Positions 1-12,400 of a stretch of 64,000 bases of DNA are shown here, piece after piece. Source of the stretch: Camelus ferus (taxonomy: Eukaryota). The translations under genes and the position numbers were made by a program. Under the pieces are notes generated by a model that had not been told where the DNA came from, ran no database searches, and saw nothing but the letters and a program-made list of their open reading frames with translations. The DNA is taken from positions 23,624,001 through 23,688,000 of the forward strand of contig NC_045697.1 of NCBI RefSeq assembly GCF_009834535.1, read 5' to 3'. Positions within the stretch are counted from its first letter, which is position 1, and every line of letters begins with the position of its first letter.

Positions 1-3000
1 TAATTACTGACAAAATGATATTGAATCTCTAGCCTTTACAATCATTCTATTTTTATCTGTGTGCTTCATATCACTTAGTTTATGGACCAGGGAAAGTATG
101 ACCCTGTTAGGTATTGATGCTTTAAGGCAACAATTTTGTGTTACTGTTATTTAGCAAATACTTTGGATTCTCAAAGTAAGGCTTAGTGACTTAAATACAT
201 GAATAAAAAATAAAACTTCCAGGCCAATAAAAATATAAAAGAATAAATGTTCTTTAAGCTTTGATGGAAAAGCTTTATATGATGGCGAGAACTCTGAGAT
301 AGAATCTCTATGTCTTGGCATCACCGTTCATGTCTTCAAGTATCAAGTGTTATAATTGACCATAATGAACCAAACCATTTCTGCTTGTTTATGAGGGGGA
401 CTTGACAATTTTCACCAAACTTAAGAAAATATCTTTACATTGAAAAGAGACAATTATCTCTACATAATAGACCAAGGGATATTGTTGCTGAAACAAAAAG
501 GAATCCTAAAGACACAGTTTTTCCTGAAAGTATACTTAATTTAAAATATTGATGTTACATCTTTAAATAATGAATGCCAATACCTCCTACTGGATTTACT
601 ATTATTTACAAGTATATCTTTGAAAAATTTAGCAAATGTATTGTAAAACATCAGAGAATACTATTAATGTTGATTCATGTATGTAAAACAATATTTGAAA
701 ATTATTATCTTTTGGTGTATCTTTTTCTCCCACAAAATCAGCCTTCCTTTGAAAATTATGAAAAGTAATACCACAGAAATATTTGGGATCATATATTTGT
801 TTTTATACCCAAGGAAGATGTTTTATTTTTTCTACAAATATCAAAATTTGAAATTAAAGAAAAGGAAAGGGGTCAGAATTATACAAATTTCAATTAGAAT
901 TTAGATAGAAACATTCTGTAGTATAATATAATGTATTTGAAGGTCAATTGATGTATGTTATTACTGAAAGTTATAGCAGTCAAGAAATTTTTTAAAATAT
1001 ATGATTAGTAACATGTTTTACTGTCAATTCAAAAACAATCTCAACAATGATCTCTAATTAATTGCCAGGTAGGGCTTTACAAGCAATATTAGTACACGAT
1101 GTTCTTAAGAGCAAGCAAGGAAATAGAGCACCAGTTTTCATAAAGCTGTATCTTGTATCTTCCCTTGATTAAGTCTGCCACACATAAAATGAAAGTGATT
1201 CTTCAAGGTCAAGGTTATAACTTACTGCTCTAAATACATGGATCCTGACCATTCCTTGAGATCTTAGTCTTCCTAGAGTTAAAGGTGTGCTGCACAGTCA
1301 TCATCTGATCTTCCATTAACAGCACTTTCCTAACCCATACTCTAAACAACAGCTGAAAACAGAATTTTGAACTTATGACTCTTTCATTTTCATTTTTATT
1401 GAAGATCAATGTTGTCACTGTTTGCTTAGGACCTAAATCTCCCTCACCATAGAGTATTTAATGAGGTGTGAGAATCTTTATCAGATTTCTAATCTTATTT
1501 TGGAAAAAAGCATTTGATTTTAAGGGTCATAGACTACTTGTAGGGAGTAAAATTATGTTGATCACAAGACTGTTAAGGTATCATTAAAAGGTGATTTGTG
1601 TGGTGGATTAAGGATATTATATCTAGAGCATGTGTATTACATCAGTATCACCATCTACAGGAGAAATGTAGGTGGATAATGTCTGTATGTGAGTATTTTC
1701 TAAAGCAACAGTTTATTAACTAGGACTATGGAGATTCCTAAGCCAACAGAAGAATCAGTCAAAGTAACTAAAATTTGTTACCTGTGGGAGGAAGGAATTA
1801 GGATAGAAATGGATCGGTACAAAGAAGTGTTTGTTGGTTTTTTCCTTGTTTTGAATTTTGGTTAGAACATGGAGCACTATTTCACATTATATAACGTGGA
1901 GACATATTACTTAGATACAAATAAATATCACCCTAGATCTGCCTAGCATACAGTCTCTTGGTAAATACTAGGCAGTCAATGAATGTTGGCTCCTTCCAGT
2001 GAGAGTCCCAACTTACATGTCCCAAGAAGATATATAAATACTTTTTGTGGTTTAGGATGCAGACATATTACTTAGTTTTTTTTTCTTCATGGTCCTTTTC
2101 CATTTTTTAGTTTATAACAGTGGGTGCTACCACAAAGACCCAACAACTGACATATTGATGTTGAAAGAATGAACAAGTTGCAATCTAATGTGATGGGGTT
2201 TAGAATTGGGTGAGACTTTCCAGAAAAGGTTGCTGGTGAACTTCTTAAACAAGTATTTTGAAAAGATGTTATGTGGTGAAGCAAGAGGTTATAGAGTGTA
2301 AACAGAGACTAGCTGCCTGAGGCCTCAGAGGCAGGAATCAATATGAGATGTGTAGTCAACTGCAAACTGATTTTTATGATTTAAATGTGGAAATACTTTC
2401 AACAAATAACATAAAATTGTATCTTTAAGCCTGGACAAAATAGTATTTAGTTGATATGTTCACTTTGTATTTGCTAAGGAATTTAAGAATCCTCTGTACA
2501 TTTCCGAGAAAGAAGTTAAAATAATAAAATTAGAATGCGAAGGATATAATTGCAGAACAATATACAAGATTGTTTGAAAGAGAAAGAGAAGCAAAACAAC
2601 TACTTTATGTATTTTCTCATGTAACAGTTACTGTATCTCTTAGATTTTTTTACTTTATTAAAGTATGTGAAATTTCATCTGTGTTTAAGAGAATATTATC
2701 TCCTACACTCTTTAAAATGAAATACAGTGCACATATTTATGTAAGCCCTAATTTTCTTACACTGATTTGAATTTCTTGGGGAGGTTAAGGGTGTGGATGA
2801 TTGCCTAATTTTAGAGGAATAAAAGTTCAGTTTTTATTAGCTCTGCCCCAAACGTCAAAAACATTAATTAGATAACATTAGAGAATGAGCTTGGATCCTG
2901 TCTCTGAAATGCTCAGCTATTCCAGAGCAATATTATATAAAGGAAGGTGTGTATCTATTTATGTCCCCTGATTCTACAGAGGAGTAATCAGTTTATAAGT

Positions 3001-3341
3001 ATGCATATGATAAAAATAATAAAATATAACTAGATAAAAATTGCCACCAAATATATAGGTCAGGACCAAGGAAATACTTAAAAGGTAGAAAGATATGCAG
3101 ACTGCCATTCTACTAAGTTATTAAAGCTGAACTTCATGCATGGTTTGATTTTCTGGGAGTTCAAAATTAAATGAGAATCATAGCCAGTAATGACTCTCAA
3201 TATTTTAAGTTAGAAGAAATTTAAATTTCTTACATGAAAACACATTTTTTTTCCCTAGAGCTTGTTTGAAAACTTTTCTTAGTGGTATTCATGCAAGAAA
3301 CAGAACATAAGGAAAAAAATAGCAATAAAAATAACTGAAAT

Positions 3342-3418
3342 GTGACTGAAGTATCGTGCTGTACACCAGAAACTGACACAACATTGTAAACTGACTGTAC
3401 TTCAATAAAAATATATTA
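3342..3418 (+). mobile_element. Very short 5'-truncated L1 3' terminus (~77 bp), artiodactyl/camelid type, with TSD
   Basis: GTGACTGAAGTATCGTGCTGTACACCAGAAACTGACACAACATTGTAAACTGACTGTACTTCAATAAAA resembles the L1 ends near 12320-12385 and 53790-53850; flanked by 15-bp near-identical direct repeats (3327-3341, 3419-3433). Confidence 0.85.
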
Positions 3419-3488
3419 AAAAATAACCAAAATTAATTGGTTCTTACTATATATAAAATATCACACTATGTTACAGAAATTATATCAT

Positions 3489-3650
3489 TTAATTATTAAT
3501 TTCATTGCATAATTTCTATTTTATGTAATTATTAATTTAGGTTGATAATTTCTATTGTATAAATTTCTATTTTATGAATTTAGTTACATGTCCTATTTTT
3601 ATTTAATTATTAATTTAGGTACATAATTTCTATTTTATTCTTTGTAATTA
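3489..3650. repeat. Degenerate AT-rich tandem repeat, unit ~35 bp, ~4 copies
   Basis: Recurring TAATTATTAATTT(AGG)...ATAATTTCTATTTTAT units read directly. Confidence 0.6.
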
Positions 3651-6210
3651 TAAATGAGGAATAAAAGAGCAAATTCTTCGATTGTTTATCCAATATCACA
3701 CAACTAAAAGTAGTTGAAAGTGGTTTAATATTTTCTTGTAGTAAGTAACATACTCAGTTGCAGTTATGTAAGTAACAGAATAGGTTACTGTATTAAGGGA
3801 TGGAGCATTATGTAGGAAAACTAAAGAAACTACAGGGATTGTAAGTGGAGAGGGGCCTAAAGAGCTGATTTGATTAATTAGACTTATTAGATGTCAGTTT
3901 TCTTTCCCCAGTGTAGCTGACTTTGGTGAATGAGAAAGTCTTCTGCTTCCATAGCAGGGTTCTGAAGGGTAAGCTGAACCAGCATGCAGCCCAGAGAAGG
4001 TACACACAGGGCAATACTTTAGTATTTCAGTGCCTTGAGTATTAAGGGGAAACTCTCATTATATTGTACCCTCTACTTTTTATTGTTTTGTAGTCAGCAT
4101 ATTAAGATTTAGAGTGCCAAGACCATGGTATGAGTCTTCCGAAAAGGAGGCAACAAGTAGGTAACTCAATCTTCTGGAATTCTAAGGACTAGTCAAAAGA
4201 TTTCAAACAAATCATCTTTCATCTACTGGGTCAAACTGTGACCCAACAGAATTCAAGAGGCAAAGGTACTAGATAAGAGTTTAGACCCAGAATTTTGCCA
4301 GCAATAAAGGGCATTATCTGACAACAAGTGGAATTTGTGATAGGAAACCCAGAATTGTGGTTGTGTGGTTGAAATAATAAGATTTAATTATCTTGGCATC
4401 TGGTGGTTTCTTTCCTTGGAAATGATAAAATACTAGGCATGTGCTAATTCTTCAAAACACCAAGACAAACAGATGAAGAAATAAGTAAAATAGGGTGTCT
4501 ACTAAGAACCTTATAGGAGAAAAAAAAAACTTCTGTTGGAATAAATTTAATTTGGGAGGAGAGGGGAGAGTTCTAATTTGATTATTATTGGACTGAATCA
4601 ACGGTTTGGCTACCTTCTATGGATTACTTTTCTAAGGGTCTTACCATCAAATAGGCCTTTTACCTTTTTGAGCAATTACTGTTCTTCATGGTCAAAAGAG
4701 TGTCTTTTCTCTTCTATGATGTTATCTTTGCTGTACTCTCTGCAGATTAAAGAACATTAGGTTGGGTGAACCAAAAAATGTTGAAGGGTAAAAAAATTGT
4801 TCTGCATTTGATAGGATTTAGATGTGTTATAAGTTCTAAAGTCAATTACAACTTTCTAAAATTCATAAGCATCAGAGTCTCTGGATATTTGATGACAAAT
4901 ATTGATTTAATTTTGGAAGGATAGACATATCTTTACCTCATTGAAATACAGTGATTTCATTACCAGGTATAGTTTACTGTAGAGAACCATTAGTGTGTCA
5001 AGACAATTTCATCAAAATAAAATTACAAGGCTAGAAACTCTCTTTGTGTGTCAAAATGGACTATTGATATTTCCTATCCCATGTGGATTATCCAGAATTC
5101 CTAATATAGCCCATCCCTTATTACAAACATTTGATTTAAAAACAAATCCTTCATCTGATTATTATCTGTAATAATCTGCCATTTACAGATCCAATTGCTG
5201 CCACCAATGCCACCTTCTATCAAAATCAGTTTTTGAGGACATCTAACCAGAACTTATTGCTCTTCAAAGCGTTTTCACATCTACCAAAGTAACTAATCCA
5301 CTTTGGGTATAGATACACAGATTTAATTATCTGCTTAATTATCTATTCTCTTGAGACTTAGAAAATATAAGAAAGCCCAGAAATCAGATTCAGAAAGACT
5401 CATAGTTCATGACTTATATGAAAATTACATGGTAGGTAAAATTATTTAGGTTAGAAAACTGAGAATTTAAATGACTCTCTCTGACATAAATTTTTATAGG
5501 AAATGTTCTGAGTTTTAGATAACTTATTCAAGTATGAAAATTTGAAAAATATTCTATTAATCATTGCTACAATGTCTTCTTCAAACTTCTGCAGAAATTT
5601 TGTGAGAGCAAGTCATGATAAAACACACTTTAAACTAGTACTATGATTAAATTTGAATTTTTATCTCCAAACACTGTACTGTTATAGATATTTGGGAGCA
5701 TTACAGTAAATTGAATCAGGGTGTTAAATTAGAGGAGCTTGATAGATAAATTATCCTTTGATTATAATGTGTTTTTTTTTCACATTGGGATGTACTTAAT
5801 GCACATCTAAATAGGGATATAGCAGCCAACTGATGATTCTTGTCAGCATGGCAACTTGAGCATAGATAATAATAATATAACATAGAGAGATGATGTGATA
5901 CAAAGGCTCTAAGGAGAAAGAAGACAAAGAGTATAAAACTTTAAAAATAAAGGCAAGGATTTTTTTTGTTTGATGTGAAAGGTGCAAAATAGAAAAAGAA
6001 AGTCTCAGAGGAAGAAAATAATTACATTTTATTTTTCTCCTTCATAAAAACTATGTAAGTGACCTTTAGAGTAGTGTAACAAGTAGACAACACAACTAAA
6101 AATGCACTCAAGAAAGCTGAGTGATCCACAAGTCACAAAGAAGACACTGGGAAGCACTGTAGCAGGTGCTGGATCCAAGGGCTTTAAAAGAAGCCATAGC
6201 TGCAAATGAC

Positions 6211-6674
6211 TGTGATGGTTAGTTTTATATGTTAATTTGACTGAAGTAAGAGATGACCAGATAGCCAGTAAGACATTATTTCTGGGTGTGTCTGTGAGGG
6301 TGTTTCCTGTTGAGATCAGCAGTTGATTCAGTAGACTTATGAAGAAATGTGCCCTCATCAATGTGGGCAGGCATCATCCAACCTGTTGGGGGCCTGAATG
6401 GAACACAAAGGTGTAGGATGGGTGAATTCTTGCTCTCATTTTATACTGGGAAGTCCATCTTCTCCTGTGCTTCAATCACTTGGTGATCCAGAACTGGGGG
6501 TTGGTCTCAGACCAGGAGTTACACCAATGGTTTTCCTGTTCTCAGGCCATCAGAATCAAACTGAATTATACTGAATTGCTTTCCTGGTTCTCCAATTTGC
6601 AAACACCACATTGTGGTGCTTCTCAACCTCCGTAAGTGTGTGAGTCACATCCTATAATAAATCTCCTCTTGTAC

Positions 6675-6719
<45 letters not shown>

Positions 6720-6758
6720 CACTTTCTTCTGTTTCTCTGGAGAACCTTGACTAATACA
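6211..6758 (+). mobile_element. MLT2-family (ERVL) solo LTR
   Basis: Starts TGTGATGGTTAGTTTTATATGT, has ACATTATTTCTGGGTGTGTCTGTGAGGGTGTTTCC, ends CTCTGGAGAACCTTGACTAATACA; 5-bp TSD ATGAC/ATGCC. Confidence 0.92.
6675..6718. repeat. (CTAT)11 microsatellite inside the MLT2 LTR
   Basis: Direct reading. Confidence 0.97.
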
Positions 6759-6919
6759 ATGCCTAAGCTTAAGTCTAAGTAAAAAAACACTTAAAAGTTG
6801 AGGACCTTGATAGTGTTGGAAGTGTTGTTTTTTTTTTTTTCCCGTGTGATATCTCTAATTTGATGTTTAGGTAGATTTTCTATTAAATTTAGTTATCATA
6901 AACAATGAAAAAAATTTTG

Positions 6920-8278
6920 AGTAAAATTGTCTATGTTTGCAGATGGCATGATCTTATATGTAAGAAACCCTGAAGATTCCACCAAAAAAACCTTGTTAGA
7001 ACTAATAAATTTAGTCAAGTAGCAAGATACAAGATTGACACAAAAATCATTTGAATTTCTACAGACTAGCAATGAACTATCAAGAGAAATTTAAAAAGCA
7101 ATTCTATTTAGCATCAAAACCAATAAAATACTAAGGAATACATTTACCCAAGAAGGTGAAAGATCTATGCACTGAAAACTATAAGATATTGATGAAAGAA
7201 ATAGAAAAAGACACAAATGAAGTAAAAATGTCTATTCTACCCAAAGCACTCTACAGACTCAATGCAATTCCTATCAAAATCCCAATGTCTTTTCCACATG
7301 GAACCACAACAGACTCTGTATACCCAAGGCAGTCTAGTAAAAGAACAAACCTGTGAGTATCACGTCCTGATTTCACACTTCATTACAAAGAGATAATAAT
7401 CGAAACAGGATTGTACTGGCATAAAAACGGACACATAGATCAATGGAACAAAATAGAAAGTCCAAAAGTAAATACACATATTTGTGGTCAGCATCTCTGA
7501 CAAGAGTTCCAAGAGCACACAACAGGGAAAAGATAGTCTCTTCAGCACGTGGGATTGGAAAACCTGATAGCCACATGCAAAAGAATGAACCTGGACCCTG
7601 ACTTTACATCACTCAGAAAATTAACACAAATTGGATTAAATAATTAAATGAAAGACATGAAACTATAAAACTGCCAGATGAAAATATAAGGAAAAGTCTT
7701 ATTGACATTGGTCTTGGTATTTATTTTTAAAATATGACACCAAAAAATATGAAAATATGAAAGTGGGATTGTATACTAAAAAAAAGTCTGCACATCAAAG
7801 GAAATAATCAACAAAATGAAAAGTAACTTACAGAGTGGGAGAAACTATTTGCAAACCATATATTTGATAAGAGGATAAAATTTAAAATATATGAGGAACT
7901 CATACAACCCAGTAGCAAACAATAATAATAATAACCTGATTTTAAAATGGGTGAAATATCAAAACAGACATTTTTTCAAAAGACACCCAAATGACCGATA
8001 GGTACATGAAAAGGTGTTAAACCTTACTAAATATCAAGGAAATGCAAGTCAAAACCACAATAAGATATCACTTCACATCTGTTAGGATGGCTATCACTAA
8101 AAAGTCAAAGGATAACGAATGTTGGTGATAATGCGGAGGAAAGACAACCCTTGTGCACGGTTGGTGGAAATGTCAACTGGTGCAGTTACTATGAAAACAG
8201 TATATAGGGTCCTCAAAATATTAAAAATAGACTACCATATGATCTAGAAATCCTATTTCTGAGTAGATAGCCCAAGGA
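6920..8278 (+). mobile_element. Decayed L1 (L1MA/MB age) ORF2 fragment from the RT core to the C-terminal region
   Basis: TGTTTGCAGATGGCATGATCTTATAT (FADDMILY-like); ORF 7156-7356 reads [20 protein letters not shown]...[16 protein letters not shown]; many stops and small deletions. Confidence 0.93.
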
Positions 8279-8444
8279 TAGGCTGGGAGACTAAGTCTGT
8301 CAAAGGGTAAAACTGAGTATGTTATTTGAACACATGATAAAAGCTAGATGTGTCAAGTATCAGTTTTCACAAGAACTGAAAGAAGAATTTGCACAATTCA
8401 TGAAGTAACTTGTTCAGGTATTGGCATCAGCTTTGCAGTATCTT

Positions 8445-8850
8445 TTCATTTTTTTTTAATCATGAGACATCATACAAGAAAATATGTGTGTGTATGTGTG
8501 TGCATGTGTGTACATGCATGCTGGGCATTTAAAAATAATTATAAAGGAGACACCTGTGTGGTTATCACTCATGTCAAGAGAGAATCACCAGACTCTGAAA
8601 AGCCCACTGTGAGTGCCCTTCTCCAAAGGCAATCCTCTCCCTCTCCCCCAGGGATCACCCCACTGTCCTAACGTTCATAATAAACATTTCCTAGCTTGCC
8701 CATATAGTTTACAAACTGTGACTGCCTACACAACTATTACAGTTTAATTCTGCCATCTTCGTATTATATAATTGGAACCATACTGTGATTGTGCTTTATA
8801 CGTTGCTTTTTTCCATCAAATGTGAGGTTTATGAGCTGTGTCCCTTACTT
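8445..8850 (-). mobile_element. Old L1ME-type 3' UTR fragment
   Basis: Antisense L1ME 3'-end-like motifs (CACCAGACTCTGAAAAGCCC, CCCCAGGGATCACCCCACTGTCCTAAC, TATATAATTGGAACCATACTGT). Confidence 0.65.
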
Positions 8851-8932
8851 TCCCGATGGAACTAATCTTTCTATTTTCAATTCCTGCTGTGCGTTAACTT
8901 TTCTGCCTGTGAGTAATTTCTAAGAATCTTCA

Positions 8933-9325
8933 TTTTTTTTTTTACTGTGGTAAGAACACCTAGCATAAGATCTACCTTCTTAAATTAAGTGTACAACGCA
9001 GTATTGTTAACCATAGGCGCAATGCTGTATCCAGACCTCTAGCCATTGTTCATCTTGCATAAGTGAAACTTTAAACCCATTGAATAGGAACTCCTCATTT
9101 TCCCCTCTCTCCCCTGGTAATCACCATTCTACTCTGCTTCTAGGAGTCTGACTATTTCAGGTTCCAGATATAAATAGCATCATATAGTATCTGTCCCCCT
9201 GTGACCAAGTTATTTCACTTAATATTATGTTCTCAAAGCTCATCTATACTCTGACATATTGAAAAATGCCCTTCTTTTTTAAGACTGAATATAGACCATC
9301 TTTTCTTTACCCATTCACTTGACAC
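8933..9325 (-). mobile_element. L1MA (L1MA6-9-like) 3' end with poly(A), antisense
   Basis: T-run then GTGGTAAGAACACCTAGCATAAGATCTACC...GTGTACAACGCAGTATTGTTAACCATAGGC...CACCATTCTACTCTGCTTC. Confidence 0.9.
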
Positions 9326-11282
9326 TGTCAGCATTTCTTTCCCTCTTTGATTTACTGTTTGCATTTAAACTGTCTTTGATCTGTCTGATAACTATTCTCT
9401 AAGTTCTCCACTTCCTCCTTTTCTTTTTTTGGCTACTATATAATTTCTCAACACATGTATTCATAAATCTCTTCAATGAAGCCACCATATCAGTTTCTAA
9501 AGTTATTTTAATTATAATCTAATCCTTACAAACATAATTATCACCTTCTCTCATCACTTTATTTTTCCTTTCTTGCTTTTCCTTTTCTTCTTGCATATAG
9601 AATAATTTGAGACTGAGTATATTTGGGTAATCATAAAGGTAGTGAGTAGAATAACTCTTATCAAGTGATTAGCAGGGAATCTATTAATAATACATTGTTT
9701 AATACCTATCTTTTTGTTTTTGCATTCTTAGCTCATAAAAAATGAGAGAAATCAATACATAACATAAAACTAAAGTATCCAATTTGTATACCTTAAATAT
9801 TCCATATACTGAAGACAATTACAGTTAATGAATTAAATTTCTTTTTAAGCCTATGTGCCATGGCAATACAATTGTTCCCTTTAAATAGCCAAAGCTTGAA
9901 ACAATGGAGACAATGCAGATTATGATTGGGTGAATTGAGTTGATTCTCATCCACTTTGCCCATCTGGGCTCTACAATTAGTGCCTTCCTTTCAATATCCT
10001 ATGTGTTATGCTTTCAATGTTTTTTCAGATAAAAAGGAGTAATTCATAGTTTATGCTTAGAGGCTGTGATTTCAGAAGTATGTTAAATATATGATTCTTG
10101 AACAGTGGAATAAAGTTAATTGCACTATTGGAATTTTGCATAACTCTATCACAAAATTAGAAAAGTGTTTGTTGTTTGTTCTTTGTGTTTTTGGCAGTAT
10201 TAACAAATCTTGAAAAGATTTGCTTCAGATCAAAAAAAGTCTTAGTTTTTCCTTTTTTCCCCATATACTTCTTTGTTATTATTCTGTTTGGCAAAAATAA
10301 ATGTGAAGTATTTCATGAAATCAAGTTGGGCCCCATGATGGTGCTAGTGCAGGGTGTCTAGAGGATTTAGCATATGTCACCCCATATGTCCTTTATGTAT
10401 TTTCCATTCTAAGCGCACTGGGATGAATCGTATCCCTCGAAGAGTGTGATACAATTCCTGTTATTCAGGAAGCCTGTGTGGGTTTGACAGTGCAGGTCTG
10501 GCAGGTAGGGGGAGGAGAATTGCTGGTGCTTAGTGAGAAATATCTGAGGGTAAGCTAAACTGCAATTCTTTTGTTTTTCTTCCCTTTTCCTTGCTTTCTA
10601 GCAGACACATAATCTGCTTATTGTAATAGCACTGTAATATATTTCATAATATGTGAAAGTAAATCCATGCATTTAAAAAAACTGGATTTAAATCACTTTT
10701 AGTATTTAAAACTAACATTTTAATTTTACTATACTTTCTGCTAGAAATAAGTGTCTTAAGGGTAACAATAAAACAAGACAAAATTTGTTGTTAATTACAA
10801 TCATAAAACTTATGTAAGCCTTTATATTTCCCATATATCTCAATAAATAGATTGTAGTATTATCTAAACATAAATATTACTTTAAATACTGGCTTGTAAT
10901 CTGTGGGATTACCTATAATAATATGTTTTAATATGTCTTCGTTCAATGAACAAAATTATTTTATAATGTGGAAGTAATTAAATCCAATTCTCTTCTTCAT
11001 CAATAAATAAGCATTTAATGAGTGCTATCCTGGAAACAGGAGCTGTAGATGAGCTCAGAACTTTCCTTCATATTTAGATAGCATCAAATACTCAGGTATG
11101 AGTGCTATATGTGGACTATAGACTGTCTTTTTTCTGCACTATTTCTGGAAGCCATGCCTTGTGGATACTGAGTGTTAGACTCACATAAAATTCAGGGTTG
11201 AATAGAATCCTCTATCTTTACTTCTCCATATTATTGACACTTCTTGTCCCTGAAAAAAATTATTCTAAAAAACTAAACTGTT

Positions 11283-11375
11283 GGAAAGAAGGAAGGAAAG
11301 AAGGAAGGAAGGAAGGGGGGGGAGATGAAGGAAGGGAGGAAGGAGGAAAGGAAGGAAGGAAAATGGAAGAAGGAA
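11283..11375. repeat. (GAAG)n-type polypurine simple repeat
   Basis: Direct reading. Confidence 0.9.
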
Positions 11376-11863
11376 TTTGACATTAAACAAGCTAATAAGT
11401 TTAATAAATTCTGCCTAAAGTTAATTGATATAATAAAACTTAAAAAAGAAAAGTAGAAAAAAATAAAAATATACTGACCGTAACAGTTTTATTTAGCCTT
11501 TTTCCCTTCTCTGTCTCTTCCTTTCTCAAACTCCTTCAACTTTTTTCAATACACAATTTATCAACAAGAGACATTTTAAAATATCCATGTCATCAATATA
11601 TACTCCCTGGCACTACTCAGATGAAACTTTGTGAAGAGACAGAAAAGCCAGTTAGATTCATTCTGTTTATGCTTTGTTAAGGAGCATAATTATTTGAGTT
11701 AATTTTGTGCACATGAAAAATGGTTTACAAATGAGAAGGATCGACAGGCAGTTCTTGTGGGGGAGGTATTTCTGCCTGAATTTTACTTACTGTTCTATTG
11801 AAATTTAACATCTGACCTACATGAAAATAAATTGGATTATGGTTATGCATGGGACTCAGTCTT

Positions 11864-12400
11864 AAGCAACCTAAATGTCCATTGACGGATGACTGAATAA
11901 AGAAGATGTGTATATAAATACAAAGGACTATTACTCAGTCATAAAAAAGAACAAAATAATGCCATTTGCAGCAACATGGATGGACCTAGAGATTAATATA
12001 CTAAGTGAAGTAAGTCAGAGAGAGAAAGACAAATATCATATGATCTCACTTATACGTAGAACCTAAAAAATGATACAAAGGAACTTATTTATTACTAAAT
12101 GGAAACAGACTTACAGACATAAAAGTAAACTTATACTTACCAAAGGGGAAATGGGGGAGGGAGACATAAATTAGGACTTTGGGATTAGTATATACACACT
12201 ACTATATATAAAATAGATAAACAACAAGGTCCTACTGTAGAGCACTGTAGGGAACTATATTTAATATCTTGTAATAACCTATAATGGAAAAGAATCTAAA
12301 AAATAATATAAAGATGTATAACTGAATCACTATGCTGTACACAAGAAACTAACACAACATTGGAAATCAACTATACTTTAATAAAAAAGAGGAAAAGAAA
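11864..12400 (+). mobile_element. 5'-truncated L1 (artiodactyl-type): end of ORF2 plus 3' UTR
   Basis: AAGCAACCTAAATGTCCATTGACGGATGA...ATGCCATTTGCAGCAACATGGATGGACCTAGAG...AACTGAATCACTATGCTGTACAC...AATAAA and A-rich tail. Confidence 0.93.

Noticed and set aside
3750..5300. Possible very old LTR or internal retroviral sequence
   Set aside because: I could not identify diagnostic termini or protein motifs by eye.
6029..6361. 110-aa minus-strand ORF
   Set aside because: About half of it is the antisense of the MLT2 LTR; no coding features.
10550..10603. GTAAG followed by a strong polypyrimidine tract and AG
   Set aside because: About 50 nt, too short for an intron, and no supportable downstream exon.
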